The position numbers and the translations under genes were made by a program. The notes under the pieces are model-generated. The model was not told the origin of the DNA. It was given only the letters and a program-made list of their open reading frames with translations, and did not search any database. Shown here one piece after another: positions 55,673 through 64,000 of a stretch of DNA of 64,000 nucleotides. This stretch comes from a virus: the IMG/VR virus record IMGVR_UViG_3300027278_000009. The stretch is one strand, 5' to 3'. The number at the start of each line of letters is the position of its first letter. Position 1 is the stretch's first letter.

Positions 55673-56212
55673 ATGAGATTTATTAAAACATTTGAGGACT
55701 GGAAGAGTGTTTCGCCTGAACTTAAAGCACACATCGAAGAAGGTTTAGATCTTCAAACGACGTTCTTTAGGCTGGGTAGCGATGCTTATGTCAAATTATT
55801 TGAAGAGGTAAAACAATACTGGGATAAGGGCAATATTATTTTGAAAGGTCCTTCAGGCTGGATGGCTAAAAACCTAGAGGTTGGCAAGGCGGCTGTATAT
55901 ACTCCAAGGGGTGGTAATACTGTCAAAGTTAAATTGGATTCACCTGAACGTGGTGGAGACAAGAAATATATTGTTTACCGCAATTCCGGCAGAGAAGATA
56001 AAGAAGGTAATATTATTGCTAAGAAAATTGAATGGGGAGATCCTAACTTAACTGTTAAGAATGATGATCCAGGAAAAGCTGCTAGTTTTTGGGCAAGACA
56101 TGGTTGCGATAAGATGGAAAAGATGGATCCAAATAAAGCTGGATTCTGGGCTTGTTATGGGCCAACCCTCTTTGGTAAACAATTAGGTTTAAAGTCCGAT
56201 TCCCCGTGGTAG
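55673..56212 (+). CDS. Hypothetical protein with capsid-targeting-like leader
   Basis: MRFIKTFEDW; C-terminal ASFWARHGC...AGFWAC; GATATATA upstream. Confidence 0.75.
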   Translation: MRFIKTFEDWKSVSPELKAHIEEGLDLQTTFFRLGSDAYVKLFEEVKQYWDKGNIILKGPSGWMAKNLEVGKAAVYTPRGGNTVKVKLDSPERGGDKKYIVYRNSGREDKEGNIIAKKIEWGDPNLTVKNDDPGKAASFWARHGCDKMEKMDPNKAGFWACYGPTLFGKQLGLKSDSPW

Positions 56213-56556
56213 AAAATTGTAAATGTAAAAATTGTGGCTGTGGAAAAATGACAGCCGAACAAATGTGGGAAATGATTGAAGATCAAACCCTACCATTTAC
56301 AGAAGAAAAGATTGATGAGAATACAATCATTAGAACATTTATTCCAAATTCACCAGAACACCTATTCAAGTGGCACTTTGATAACGAAGACAGGATTGTT
56401 GAAGTTTTAGCCGATTCAGATTGGAAATTTCAATATGATAATGAACTACCAATACCACTGCTCACAGGTATTGATATTAAAATACCTGCTGGATTATATC
56501 ATAGATTGATCCCAGGTTCATCCCAATTGTCTTTAAAAATTAATAAGATAATATAG
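56206..56556 (+). CDS. Cupin-fold hypothetical protein
   Basis: KWHFDNEDR; IP.GLYHRL. Confidence 0.55.
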   Translation: MVENCKCKNCGCGKMTAEQMWEMIEDQTLPFTEEKIDENTIIRTFIPNSPEHLFKWHFDNEDRIVEVLADSDWKFQYDNELPIPLLTGIDIKIPAGLYHRLIPGSSQLSLKINKII

Positions 56557-56596
56557 ATATATAGTTTATAACTAAAAAAAAATAAAATTTAGTATA

Positions 56597-57229
56597 ATGG
56601 CAAAATTAAAATCATTCGAGCAGTTTGTTGCAGAAATGGACAGAACTGAAGAAATCGAACAGGATGTAGTTGATACGGCCGAAGTTGATTCAAAAGAAAT
56701 TGAAGAAGTAGAAGACGAAGCTGAAGAGGTTCAAGAAGAAGAAGCTGAAGAAGTGGAATCAGAAGAAACTCCAGAAGAGGAAGCAGCTGAAGAAGCCGAA
56801 GAGGAAAAAGAAAAAGATGAAGATTCTGATGACGAAGATGAATCTGAAGAAAAAGAAGAAGAATCTGAGGAAGAAGTTTCTGAAGCTGAAGAAGTTGAGG
56901 AAGAAGAGCACGAAGGTGCTTCTGAGGCTCCAGTTGAAGTAAAGACCGTTGCTGAAATGTTAAAAGAAGTATATGAATCTTCTTGTAAGAACGAAGCTAA
57001 AGCATACGAAGAGGATGCACATGACGAGCATACTGTCGAATCTTACATGAAAGAGAATGCAGCTTTAATTGCTGCATTAGCTGCAAATACTCTTAAAGAG
57101 ATGAAAGAAGAATATGCAGTTGAAGCTTTCGAAGCAGCTTGTAATGAGATGATCGAAGCATATACTAAGAAAATGAATGAAATGAAGGAAATGGATTCAG
57201 CACCAGAAGCTGAAGATACTGCTGAATAA
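56597..57229 (+). CDS. Highly acidic protein with capsid-targeting-like leader (internal head/scaffold-like)
   Basis: MAKLKSFEQFVAE; long Glu/Asp tract; GATATATA at 56556. Confidence 0.7.
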   Translation: MAKLKSFEQFVAEMDRTEEIEQDVVDTAEVDSKEIEEVEDEAEEVQEEEAEEVESEETPEEEAAEEAEEEKEKDEDSDDEDESEEKEEESEEEVSEAEEVEEEEHEGASEAPVEVKTVAEMLKEVYESSCKNEAKAYEEDAHDEHTVESYMKENAALIAALAANTLKEMKEEYAVEAFEAACNEMIEAYTKKMNEMKEMDSAPEAEDTAE

Positions 57230-57249
57230 AACAATAATTATTATAGCTT

Positions 57250-57771
57250 GTGAAACGTATAAAATTATTTGAGCAATTTGTTCTTGAAGCTTCTAATCTT
57301 GAAAAAGGAGACAAAGATCAAGAGAAAGTTAGACCAGTTGTTGCAAAAACAATTCAAATTATTGGAGAATTGAGTTATCAATCTTCTAAATGGTCTGCAA
57401 TGTTGCAACACGTTCTACCAGATAAGAAAGATACAATGAAATCTTTGAAAGAGAGAGACGAAGCAGAGGAGGCGGAAGCAGATGCAAAGGCGGAAAAAGC
57501 GATTGCTAAATGCGATAAATTAGAGAATAAAATGTCGCCAGATATGTTAGCTCTATATTCTTTTGCTAAAGGTGAATATAGATCATCAAGAAAAGATTTC
57601 ATGAAAGCTGGACAAGCATTACAAGGTGTAAAAGAGACTTGTAAAGATATTAAAAAAGGTTGCGATGAAGTTGCAGATCGTAAAAAGACATACGACGAAG
57701 CATTTTCTAAATTTCAGCAAGCTCAAGCTAAATTAAAAGAATTAGCAAAAGTAGCTGATGTTAGAGCTTAA
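57250..57771 (+). CDS. Helical protein with capsid-targeting-like leader
   Basis: MKRIKLFEQFVLE (track start is GTG). Confidence 0.7.
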   Translation: MKRIKLFEQFVLEASNLEKGDKDQEKVRPVVAKTIQIIGELSYQSSKWSAMLQHVLPDKKDTMKSLKERDEAEEAEADAKAEKAIAKCDKLENKMSPDMLALYSFAKGEYRSSRKDFMKAGQALQGVKETCKDIKKGCDEVADRKKTYDEAFSKFQQAQAKLKELAKVADVRA

Positions 57772-57802
57772 TTTTTTTTATCTAACTTTTCAATAATTTT
57801 TT

Positions 57803-57830
57803 AAAGGGCTCTATACGGGCCCTTTTTCTT
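57803..57830 (+). terminator. Intrinsic terminator
   Basis: AAAGGGCTC-TATAC-GGGCCCTTT plus T-run. Confidence 0.75.
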
Positions 57831-57834
57831 TTCG

Positions 57835-57862
57835 TAAACAATCTCAAACTAAGGTGTATAAA
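57835..57862 (+). promoter_or_regulatory. Class II promoter (TATAAA variant)
   Basis: TAAAC-N17-TATAAA upstream of the dCMP deaminase. Confidence 0.65.
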
Positions 57863-57884
57863 TAGTATTATAATAATATAATAT

Positions 57885-58394
57885 ATGCCAAGAATTCCAA
57901 TAGAGGTTATCTACATGCAAACGGCGTATCAATTTGCTAAATTGAGTTATGCTGAACGACGAAAGGTAGGTTGCGTTATCGTTAAAGATAAGCAGTTAAT
58001 TTCTTTCGGGTATAATGGTATGCCACATGGTTTTGAAAACAAATGCGAAGAGGAACAGATTCGATCTTATGAAAATCCAGATCATGCGCATGTGTTAATT
58101 GATAAGGGTTATGTTTGTGATAATGGATGTTGCTCTAAGACGGTTACTCGCCGTGAGGTTTTACATGCGGAATCAAATGCAATTATGAAAGTCGCTAAAT
58201 CAACTATGAATTGTGATGGTGCTGAGTTATATACGACAACATGTCCATGTTTTGATTGTGCTAAATTAATTATTCAAGCAGGTATTTCAAAAGTGTATTA
58301 TTGCGAAGATTATCGTGATATGAGCGGCGTTGAATTATTGGAAAAGGCAAATATTGAAGTAGAATGTGTAACAGTTTGGAATGATGGGATTTAA
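57885..58394 (+). CDS. dCMP deaminase
   Basis: KVGCVIV, GYNGMP.G, LHAESNAI, PCFDC. Confidence 0.9.
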   Translation: MPRIPIEVIYMQTAYQFAKLSYAERRKVGCVIVKDKQLISFGYNGMPHGFENKCEEEQIRSYENPDHAHVLIDKGYVCDNGCCSKTVTRREVLHAESNAIMKVAKSTMNCDGAELYTTTCPCFDCAKLIIQAGISKVYYCEDYRDMSGVELLEKANIEVECVTVWNDGI

Positions 58395-58569
58395 CAAGAG
58401 ATATTTACCAGAAGTTGAAAAACTACAAGAGACATTAGATCGATTAGGCCCAGATCTATTTTACAAAATTTATATAGAATCACCTGATGCAGTTATTGGC
58501 CCAACTGAAAGTTTTGAGTTTGTTGAACAGTTTCAAAAGGGATATGAAGATTCTAGAATTATTCAATAA
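58381..58569 (+). CDS. Hypothetical protein
   Basis: 62-aa ORF (MGFNKRYLP...). Confidence 0.6.
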   Translation: MMGFNKRYLPEVEKLQETLDRLGPDLFYKIYIESPDAVIGPTESFEFVEQFQKGYEDSRIIQ

Positions 58570-59146
58570 AAATAAATCAAATGTTATGTCGGAAGTTATG
58601 GCTGATCAAAAATTAAAAAGGTATCAATGGAAAAAAGGGGATAACTTTGGTAAGATTGTCGAGTTACAATCTACTGATGCTGAATTTCTATATTTTACCG
58701 ATGGCACTAGAATCTTTAAAAATATTCAATCAGAATTTTTAGAAGAAATTAAAGACGGTAGAGTACCACTTCCTGGGGCTGACAAAATTTCATCTAAATT
58801 GACCAGTGAAATTCTGCAAACTGGTCCTATTCAAGATCAAACAAATACAGTTGCAACAAACTCTTCAGATGCTGTAATCATTCAACAACCGACAGTCGCT
58901 AAAGAACCTTCTGTTATGGGTAAGATGATTATGAAGATGAGTAAAAAGAATCTTGTAACTATTCCTATTAAAATCAATCTTAATATTCCAACTCCAGCGC
59001 TTCATGCAATGTTATCAGAAGGTATGGAAGAACAGGATCTTAATGATGAGATTATGGAAGTTGCACTTTCTCAAATTGAAATGGATAAGCTTCAAGATTA
59101 TATTAAAAGCAACATCACGGATTATTTACGTGAATATTACAGTTAA
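58544..59146 (+). CDS. Hypothetical protein
   Basis: Frame of track ORF 58487..59146; likelier start MKILELF at 58544 or later. Confidence 0.7.
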   Translation: MKILELFNKNKSNVMSEVMADQKLKRYQWKKGDNFGKIVELQSTDAEFLYFTDGTRIFKNIQSEFLEEIKDGRVPLPGADKISSKLTSEILQTGPIQDQTNTVATNSSDAVIIQQPTVAKEPSVMGKMIMKMSKKNLVTIPIKINLNIPTPALHAMLSEGMEEQDLNDEIMEVALSQIEMDKLQDYIKSNITDYLREYYS

Positions 59147-59192
59147 AAACTAAATAGGATAAATAAAAAGTTAACAATTAATTTAAAACAAC

Positions 59193-59579
59193 ATGAGTAA
59201 GAATACAACAATGTCGCGCCGTAATCGCAGATCTCAATTTCGTAGCGCTAACTTCTTAAAGATTAAAAACATGTTCAGCCGTTTTTCTCCACAGGCTCTT
59301 TCGTGGTATGCTAAAATGAGTGAAGATGGAAAGATGATGCATGAAGCATATCAAAAGCGTACAATGGATCAAATTGAAGAGCAATTGGAATCTAAGTTAA
59401 AGGCAATGAAAGAAACCTGGTCAAACATGGGTTACAACACAGAAGAAATCGCTCTTCTTGAAGAAGCATGGTCACTTACTACTGTAAAAGATTCAGACCC
59501 TGCTCAGCGCAAATTAGATAAAAAACAATCTCGTCAATTAACAAAACAAGCGCAAGAAATGCGCAAAGCACGAGCTTAA
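59193..59579 (+). CDS. Basic helical hypothetical protein
   Basis: 128-aa ORF; Arg-rich N-terminus; GATAAATA upstream. Confidence 0.75.
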   Translation: MSKNTTMSRRNRRSQFRSANFLKIKNMFSRFSPQALSWYAKMSEDGKMMHEAYQKRTMDQIEEQLESKLKAMKETWSNMGYNTEEIALLEEAWSLTTVKDSDPAQRKLDKKQSRQLTKQAQEMRKARA

Positions 59580-59583
59580 TATT

Positions 59584-59898
59584 ATGCAAATAGTTACACT
59601 ACAAATCGCCGATAATGGTATTATTAAAACCATTAATGATGACAATATCAATGGGGCTGGCGAGTCTTATGAATCTACTGTGGTGTATGAATTTGCAACA
59701 AATCAAAAGAAGATTGAATTCATCTATGATTTGTGTATAGATATCGGATTAGAGCTCGGCAATTCAAGGTCGAGCTCTCAAATCCAAATCAACGAAGGTT
59801 GGGGAGAAGATTACCAACCTACGCCAGAGCAGATTAAAAATAAGATTGAAGAGCTGAAGTCCGAATTACAAGGACTGATGCCACCTAAAGATGAATAA
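59584..59898 (+). CDS. Hypothetical protein
   Basis: 104-aa ORF in operon. Confidence 0.7.
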   Translation: MQIVTLQIADNGIIKTINDDNINGAGESYESTVVYEFATNQKKIEFIYDLCIDIGLELGNSRSSSQIQINEGWGEDYQPTPEQIKNKIEELKSELQGLMPPKDE

Positions 59899-60298
59899 GT
59901 TTATTATAGAATGCGTTTGGTACAAATCTAAAAGGGACTTCAATAAATTTATTAAATCTATTGAGGATCCAAGCCTTGTCATAATTGATTATTTAAATAT
60001 TAAAAATAAATTAATCAAAGCGGACCCGTATAAGGCAGAACCAAACGATTCTATAATAGCTCTTCATATTATTAACACAGTTAGATCTATTTTTTCTGAA
60101 GAGAAGCAGACCCCAACAACCATCGTATATACATTCAAAAATTTATCGACTGACACGGTTTCTAACTTTAGAGAGTTAATCGAGTCAAATACTGAAGAAT
60201 CCTATACTCTTGCATTAAATGTATTAAAGATGGAAAGAACACCATCTAGAGTTATTCTTAATAAGTTTGATTGCGTTAAGTTTATTGACAATGATTAA
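59891..60298 (+). CDS. Hypothetical protein
   Basis: 135-aa ORF, coupled. Confidence 0.7.
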   Translation: MNKFIIECVWYKSKRDFNKFIKSIEDPSLVIIDYLNIKNKLIKADPYKAEPNDSIIALHIINTVRSIFSEEKQTPTTIVYTFKNLSTDTVSNFRELIESNTEESYTLALNVLKMERTPSRVILNKFDCVKFIDND

Positions 60299-60881
60299 AC
60301 ACAGATTATTTAGTAAAGGTGAATATATCCACGCCCTAATCTCTAACACTTCTTTTACGAATGTGTTATTTCCAGTTCGCGCAATTATCTATGATGTTAA
60401 GTTTGACGAAAAAATGCCTAAATATCAGATTAGAATTGTTAGATTTTATGATGATCTATCATTCTTAAAAAGGTATTTCTTTGACACAAACTTTGAAAAA
60501 AACTTTAATGGTGCTAATACTAAATTTAGATTTAAGCGCTCTCAATTCTCTACAAAGAATGAATTACAAGAACACTTAGAAGCAAATGCTGAAACATATC
60601 TAATCACGGTTGATTCGGTTATGTGTACAAAAACGTTAAATCAAGTGATGGATTTGTACAATAGCATTCAAGACTTTTTAGTTGAAAAGAATCTACGGGA
60701 GCTATATGAGATGTCAACTCGCCAAGTATATAAAGATGGCAAATATTACTATGAAACTCGAGGAGTCTTTGAAGCACACATCAAAAAGTTCTTAGGAGAT
60801 AGAGTTCCTAATCAAAAGGACTATTTCGATAAACTTTTATATCGTCCTAACGGGCCAGATTACGATAATTTAAATATGTAA
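60291..60881 (+). CDS. Hypothetical protein
   Basis: Start moved to MIKHRLF at 60291, overlapping the upstream stop. Confidence 0.7.
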   Translation: MIKHRLFSKGEYIHALISNTSFTNVLFPVRAIIYDVKFDEKMPKYQIRIVRFYDDLSFLKRYFFDTNFEKNFNGANTKFRFKRSQFSTKNELQEHLEANAETYLITVDSVMCTKTLNQVMDLYNSIQDFLVEKNLRELYEMSTRQVYKDGKYYYETRGVFEAHIKKFLGDRVPNQKDYFDKLLYRPNGPDYDNLNM

Positions 60882-60927
60882 ATTAATCGAATATATATAG
60901 TAGGATAAAAACAGCTACTATATATTA

Positions 60928-62721
60928 ATGGGATTAGATACTTTTTCTTTAAATCAAATTACTTCCAATATTCATCTAGATGAATTGGGTAGTTCATTAG
61001 ACGACGGTGTTAAAAAAATATCGGACCAGGGTGTTGACTCTGGTGATGCGCTTGGTAGCTTTTTAAATGATCCTGTTAACTATTTCTCAGGGTCTTCACC
61101 AGATAATGTGACAACTTCTTTTGAAAAAGGTTGGGCTGCACATAGAACAGGTAATAAATTAACTGCATTTGCTCAGATTGATATAGATGCAAACGCATCT
61201 GCAAACCCTCCACAATTAACAGAAACTACAGTGTCTGATGACGCTAGTATATTTTATAATCAGATTGTAGAATCTGAAGAATTTAAATTACCAGAAGGTA
61301 GCTCAAAGGCGACAACTACACAAGGCCCAAGACCATATTCAGTTTTTAACAAATATTCTTTAGTTAATTATCAAGGTACTCCTCTCTTTCCAGAGACCGG
61401 CGGTGAATCTAAATCATATAATCAACTATCACCATCTGCTATTAAAAATCCAACAGCTTCTCAAATCATTGAGATCACTAGCGGAATAGAAGGTAACGTC
61501 GGTTATAGATATGATTATTCTGATTTTGCATTAACTAGATTCTTTGGTAAGATTCCAAATAACATGATGATTACGGTTCGTAGATTTGCATTCCCATGCC
61601 CTGATGATATTATTTCACCGAAGGGGGTTGATGGTCAAACAACGCCTCAACCTGATCTCGCCAGAGCAATTACTTGGCTTGGCGAACAAAGCGGTAATAA
61701 TATGACCGATATTTTAAAGTTTTCACATGGTTTTAATTGGAAGAATGCTGAAGCTGCGGTTCAAGAGATTCAATCTAAGAAGGGAGAATCTGCAGGTTCA
61801 TTTGGTAATCTTGTTGAGAGCAATTCTTTCTTAAGAAACTTTGCAAATGCTGCACAAGGTGGAGACGCAGTAAGTTTACAGAGCCAAAGAGCCAATTCTG
61901 GCTATGATTCATTTAGTAATACGTATCCTAACCACGTATTTGGTCCATTAAACGTTATTAAAGAGGTTTATATGAGGGATCAAGGTTTGACATTTGAACA
62001 AGAATTTACACTTAAATTTGAATATGAATTAAGAGAACTTGGTGGAGCTAATCCAAAACTTTTGATGCTGGATCAATTAGCAAATATTCTTGTTTTAACT
62101 TCAAATAATGCTCCGTTCTGGGGTGGTTCAGTTCGATATATTGGTGATGGATCAGTCACTAGACCTTTAGGCAATCTTGAGCATATTCGTAATGGAGATT
62201 ATGGAAGCTTCTTAAAATCAGTTGTTACAGATTTAGGAGGTGGATCCGGCGGTCTTATGGATCAATTTAAAAATATTGTTGGTAATGCTGGTAAAGCTTT
62301 AGGTGGTATGTTGGGTGGATCGTTAATGGAAATGTTTAATTCGCCAGCAGGTGGACAAGCGGTTAACTCATTATTAACTGGAGATCCAACCGGCCAATGG
62401 CACGTAACAATTGGTAATCCATTAAATCCAATTATGGTATTAGGTAACTTAGCATGTACAGGGACTGATGTTGCATTTGAAGGCAACATGGGACCTGAAG
62501 ATTTTCCAGAAAGAATGGTTGTTACAATTAAATTAAAACCAGGTAGACCAAGAGATAAGGCTGAAATTGAATCAATGTTTAACTCAGGTAGAGGAAGGTT
62601 CTATGTTTCTCCTAAAGATGGTGTTGATGTAAACAATACATTAGATGTTAGCGCATACGGTAATAAGGATCGTAAAGCCAATGAATTTACAAATACATTT
62701 AGAAAAATTGCAAACGGTTAA
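60928..62721 (+). CDS. Putative baseplate / tail-tube-initiator-like structural protein
   Basis: 597 aa; Gly-rich amphipathic stretch; tube-fold-like strands FTLKFEYEL and WHVTIGNPLNP...VTIKLKP; GAATATATA upstream. Confidence 0.45.
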   Translation: MGLDTFSLNQITSNIHLDELGSSLDDGVKKISDQGVDSGDALGSFLNDPVNYFSGSSPDNVTTSFEKGWAAHRTGNKLTAFAQIDIDANASANPPQLTETTVSDDASIFYNQIVESEEFKLPEGSSKATTTQGPRPYSVFNKYSLVNYQGTPLFPETGGESKSYNQLSPSAIKNPTASQIIEITSGIEGNVGYRYDYSDFALTRFFGKIPNNMMITVRRFAFPCPDDIISPKGVDGQTTPQPDLARAITWLGEQSGNNMTDILKFSHGFNWKNAEAAVQEIQSKKGESAGSFGNLVESNSFLRNFANAAQGGDAVSLQSQRANSGYDSFSNTYPNHVFGPLNVIKEVYMRDQGLTFEQEFTLKFEYELRELGGANPKLLMLDQLANILVLTSNNAPFWGGSVRYIGDGSVTRPLGNLEHIRNGDYGSFLKSVVTDLGGGSGGLMDQFKNIVGNAGKALGGMLGGSLMEMFNSPAGGQAVNSLLTGDPTGQWHVTIGNPLNPIMVLGNLACTGTDVAFEGNMGPEDFPERMVVTIKLKPGRPRDKAEIESMFNSGRGRFYVSPKDGVDVNNTLDVSAYGNKDRKANEFTNTFRKIANG

Positions 62722-62723
62722 TC

Positions 62724-63221
62724 ATGGATTTTAGAAATATTGATAATAAACAAATAAAAAATGGCAAGCTTAGAATGACTGAGCCATATATTTTATTTGG
62801 TGATCAAGTAAAGTTAATTGCTAGACACGTTGTCACGATTGACGAAATCGGTAGGATTGATATGATTTCTCGTAAATATTATAATGGCGACAATTTATCA
62901 GATCTTATTCTAAAATTTAATAATATTTCTAACCCTTTTTCTATCAATGAGGGTGATATTATTTTAATCCCATCAATGGATACTAATTTTAAGAAGTGGG
63001 ATAGAATAAAAGAAATTTCAGATATTGAAGTAGAAATTGATAATATTAGAGGTCAATTTATAGACACTAAAAGATTATCTAAAAAGGACGCGGCTAGGGT
63101 TGAATATTTACAAAGAAAAGCTGCCCAACTTAAAAATGGATCATCACAACCTTTACCACCTAACGTTTTAAAACCAGGTGAAAAGAATATAGATATTAGT
63201 AACGGTAAAATTACAATTTAA
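62724..63221 (+). CDS. Putative baseplate wedge protein with LysM-like fold (T4 gp53-like)
   Basis: RIDMISRKYY....DLILKFNNISNPF.I.EGD.ILIP. Confidence 0.6.
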   Translation: MDFRNIDNKQIKNGKLRMTEPYILFGDQVKLIARHVVTIDEIGRIDMISRKYYNGDNLSDLILKFNNISNPFSINEGDIILIPSMDTNFKKWDRIKEISDIEVEIDNIRGQFIDTKRLSKKDAARVEYLQRKAAQLKNGSSQPLPPNVLKPGEKNIDISNGKITI

Positions 63222-63223
63222 CA

Positions 63224-64000
63224 ATGGCATTAAGTAATCACATACTTACGATTATTGAGCCTTCTATTAAACTTGACGAATATACTTTCGAGTCATTCAA
63301 AGAGGAAGAAGGTAAATCAAATATTAGTGATGGTTTAGGGGCAGAAAAACCATTAGTGATTATCAATGGTTATTCATTTGGCGATGCTGACATTCAAACA
63401 TTGGAAATCGATTCAACTGGAGCTATTCCAATTATTAAAGTTTCTCTAGTAGATAATCAAGCATTTTTTAGTGTTGATGCATTTCCGCGAGATGGTGATG
63501 TGTTATCTTTAAGAATTGCTGCTCGACAAAAGGATGTTTATAAAGATTTAAGAATTGACTTTGATATTGATGATGTTCAAACTCCAGCTCAAACAACATT
63601 AACTAGCGGACTTGCTAGTAAATTTGTATTTACTGGAACTATGAAGGTGCCATCTCTATATGCAGAGGTTTGTAAAAGTTATCCTAAAGATACTTCATTA
63701 AATCAATTACAATCTATTGCTCAAGATCTTGGTTTAGGATTTGCAACAAATATTGATGCGGCTGATGATAGTATGAATATGCTTATTGCAAATGATTCAA
63801 TTATGGATTCAATTCAAAAAAGGGTTGAACACTCATATATTAATGATGAATCTTTTCAGACATTTTCAATTGATCCATATTACTATTTAAACTATGTTAA
63901 CATAAATCATCTAATTAATTCTGAAGAAGATTTTGAAACTATTAAAGTTAACTTTTCTCAAAATGTTACAGACGTTAAAGGTATTGATAAAGATGCTAAT
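63224..64000 (+). CDS. Partial structural protein, probably baseplate hub / tail protein (truncated by window end)
   Basis: Open frame MALSNHILTIIEPSIKLDEY... with no stop before the window end; follows the gp53-like gene. Confidence 0.5.
   Translation, partial: MALSNHILTIIEPSIKLDEYTFESFKEEEGKSNISDGLGAEKPLVIINGYSFGDADIQTLEIDSTGAIPIIKVSLVDNQAFFSVDAFPRDGDVLSLRIAARQKDVYKDLRIDFDIDDVQTPAQTTLTSGLASKFVFTGTMKVPSLYAEVCKSYPKDTSLNQLQSIAQDLGLGFATNIDAADDSMNMLIANDSIMDSIQKRVEHSYINDESFQTFSIDPYYYLNYVNINHLINSEEDFETIKVNFSQNVTDVKGIDKDAN

Noticed and set aside
1-64000. Eukaryotic giant-virus origin suggested by collagens, PMM and prolyl-hydroxylase-like genes
   Set aside because: bS21, ClpP/ClpC, PhoH, intrinsic terminators, overlapping operonic genes and baseplate-like genes indicate a bacteriophage
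1-64000. Stop-codon reassignment as in some Bacteroidota megaphages
   Set aside because: Long genes are intact in the standard code, and ClpC ends at TAG (15092-15094) at an apparently complete C-terminus

Overview
A 64-kb, AT-rich, densely coding segment of a large (jumbo-type) tailed dsDNA phage, probably a T4-related myovirus, read in the standard genetic code. The host is probably Bacteroidota: ClpP has the Bacteroidota-type N-terminal extension, the ribosomal protein bS21 is Bacteroidota-like, and Shine-Dalgarno motifs are generally absent. Layout: (1) 1-4.1 kb, enzymes and virion-type genes (P-loop kinase, HAD phosphatase, DUF2827-like GT-B protein, 2OG-Fe(II) oxygenase, holin-like peptide). 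(2) 4.2-11 kb, a GC-richer island of divergently transcribed small early-type genes (RadA/Sms-like ATPase, DUF932-like protein), bracketed by two GGATCC-rich, largely non-coding tracts. (3) 11-18 kb, phosphomannomutase, sulfotransferase-like protein, N-domain-less ClpC, a T4 gp42-like dCMP hydroxymethylase homologue and ClpP. (4) 18-41.7 kb, fibre genes (Ala-rich coiled coils, five collagen-like proteins including a 2149-aa fibre with a C-terminal autocleaving chaperone, lectin-like tail proteins). (5) 41.8-49.1 kb, a glycosyltransferase/2OG-oxygenase cluster. (6) 49.2-60.9 kb, Hsp20, DnaJ, bS21, PhoH, RNase HII, UvsE, dCMP deaminase and acidic head-type proteins. (7) 60.9-64 kb, probable baseplate genes, the last one truncated. 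The main leads are four small UVR-motif proteins that may be adaptors for the phage ClpCP, three tandem collagens (two with exact 12-triplet segmentation) next to a modification locus, a probable cytosine-modification enzyme, enzymes with T4-like capsid-targeting leaders, and three promoter classes, two with invariant spacers. No tRNA, rRNA or CRISPR array was recognised. All family assignments are motif recognition by eye; no database search was run.
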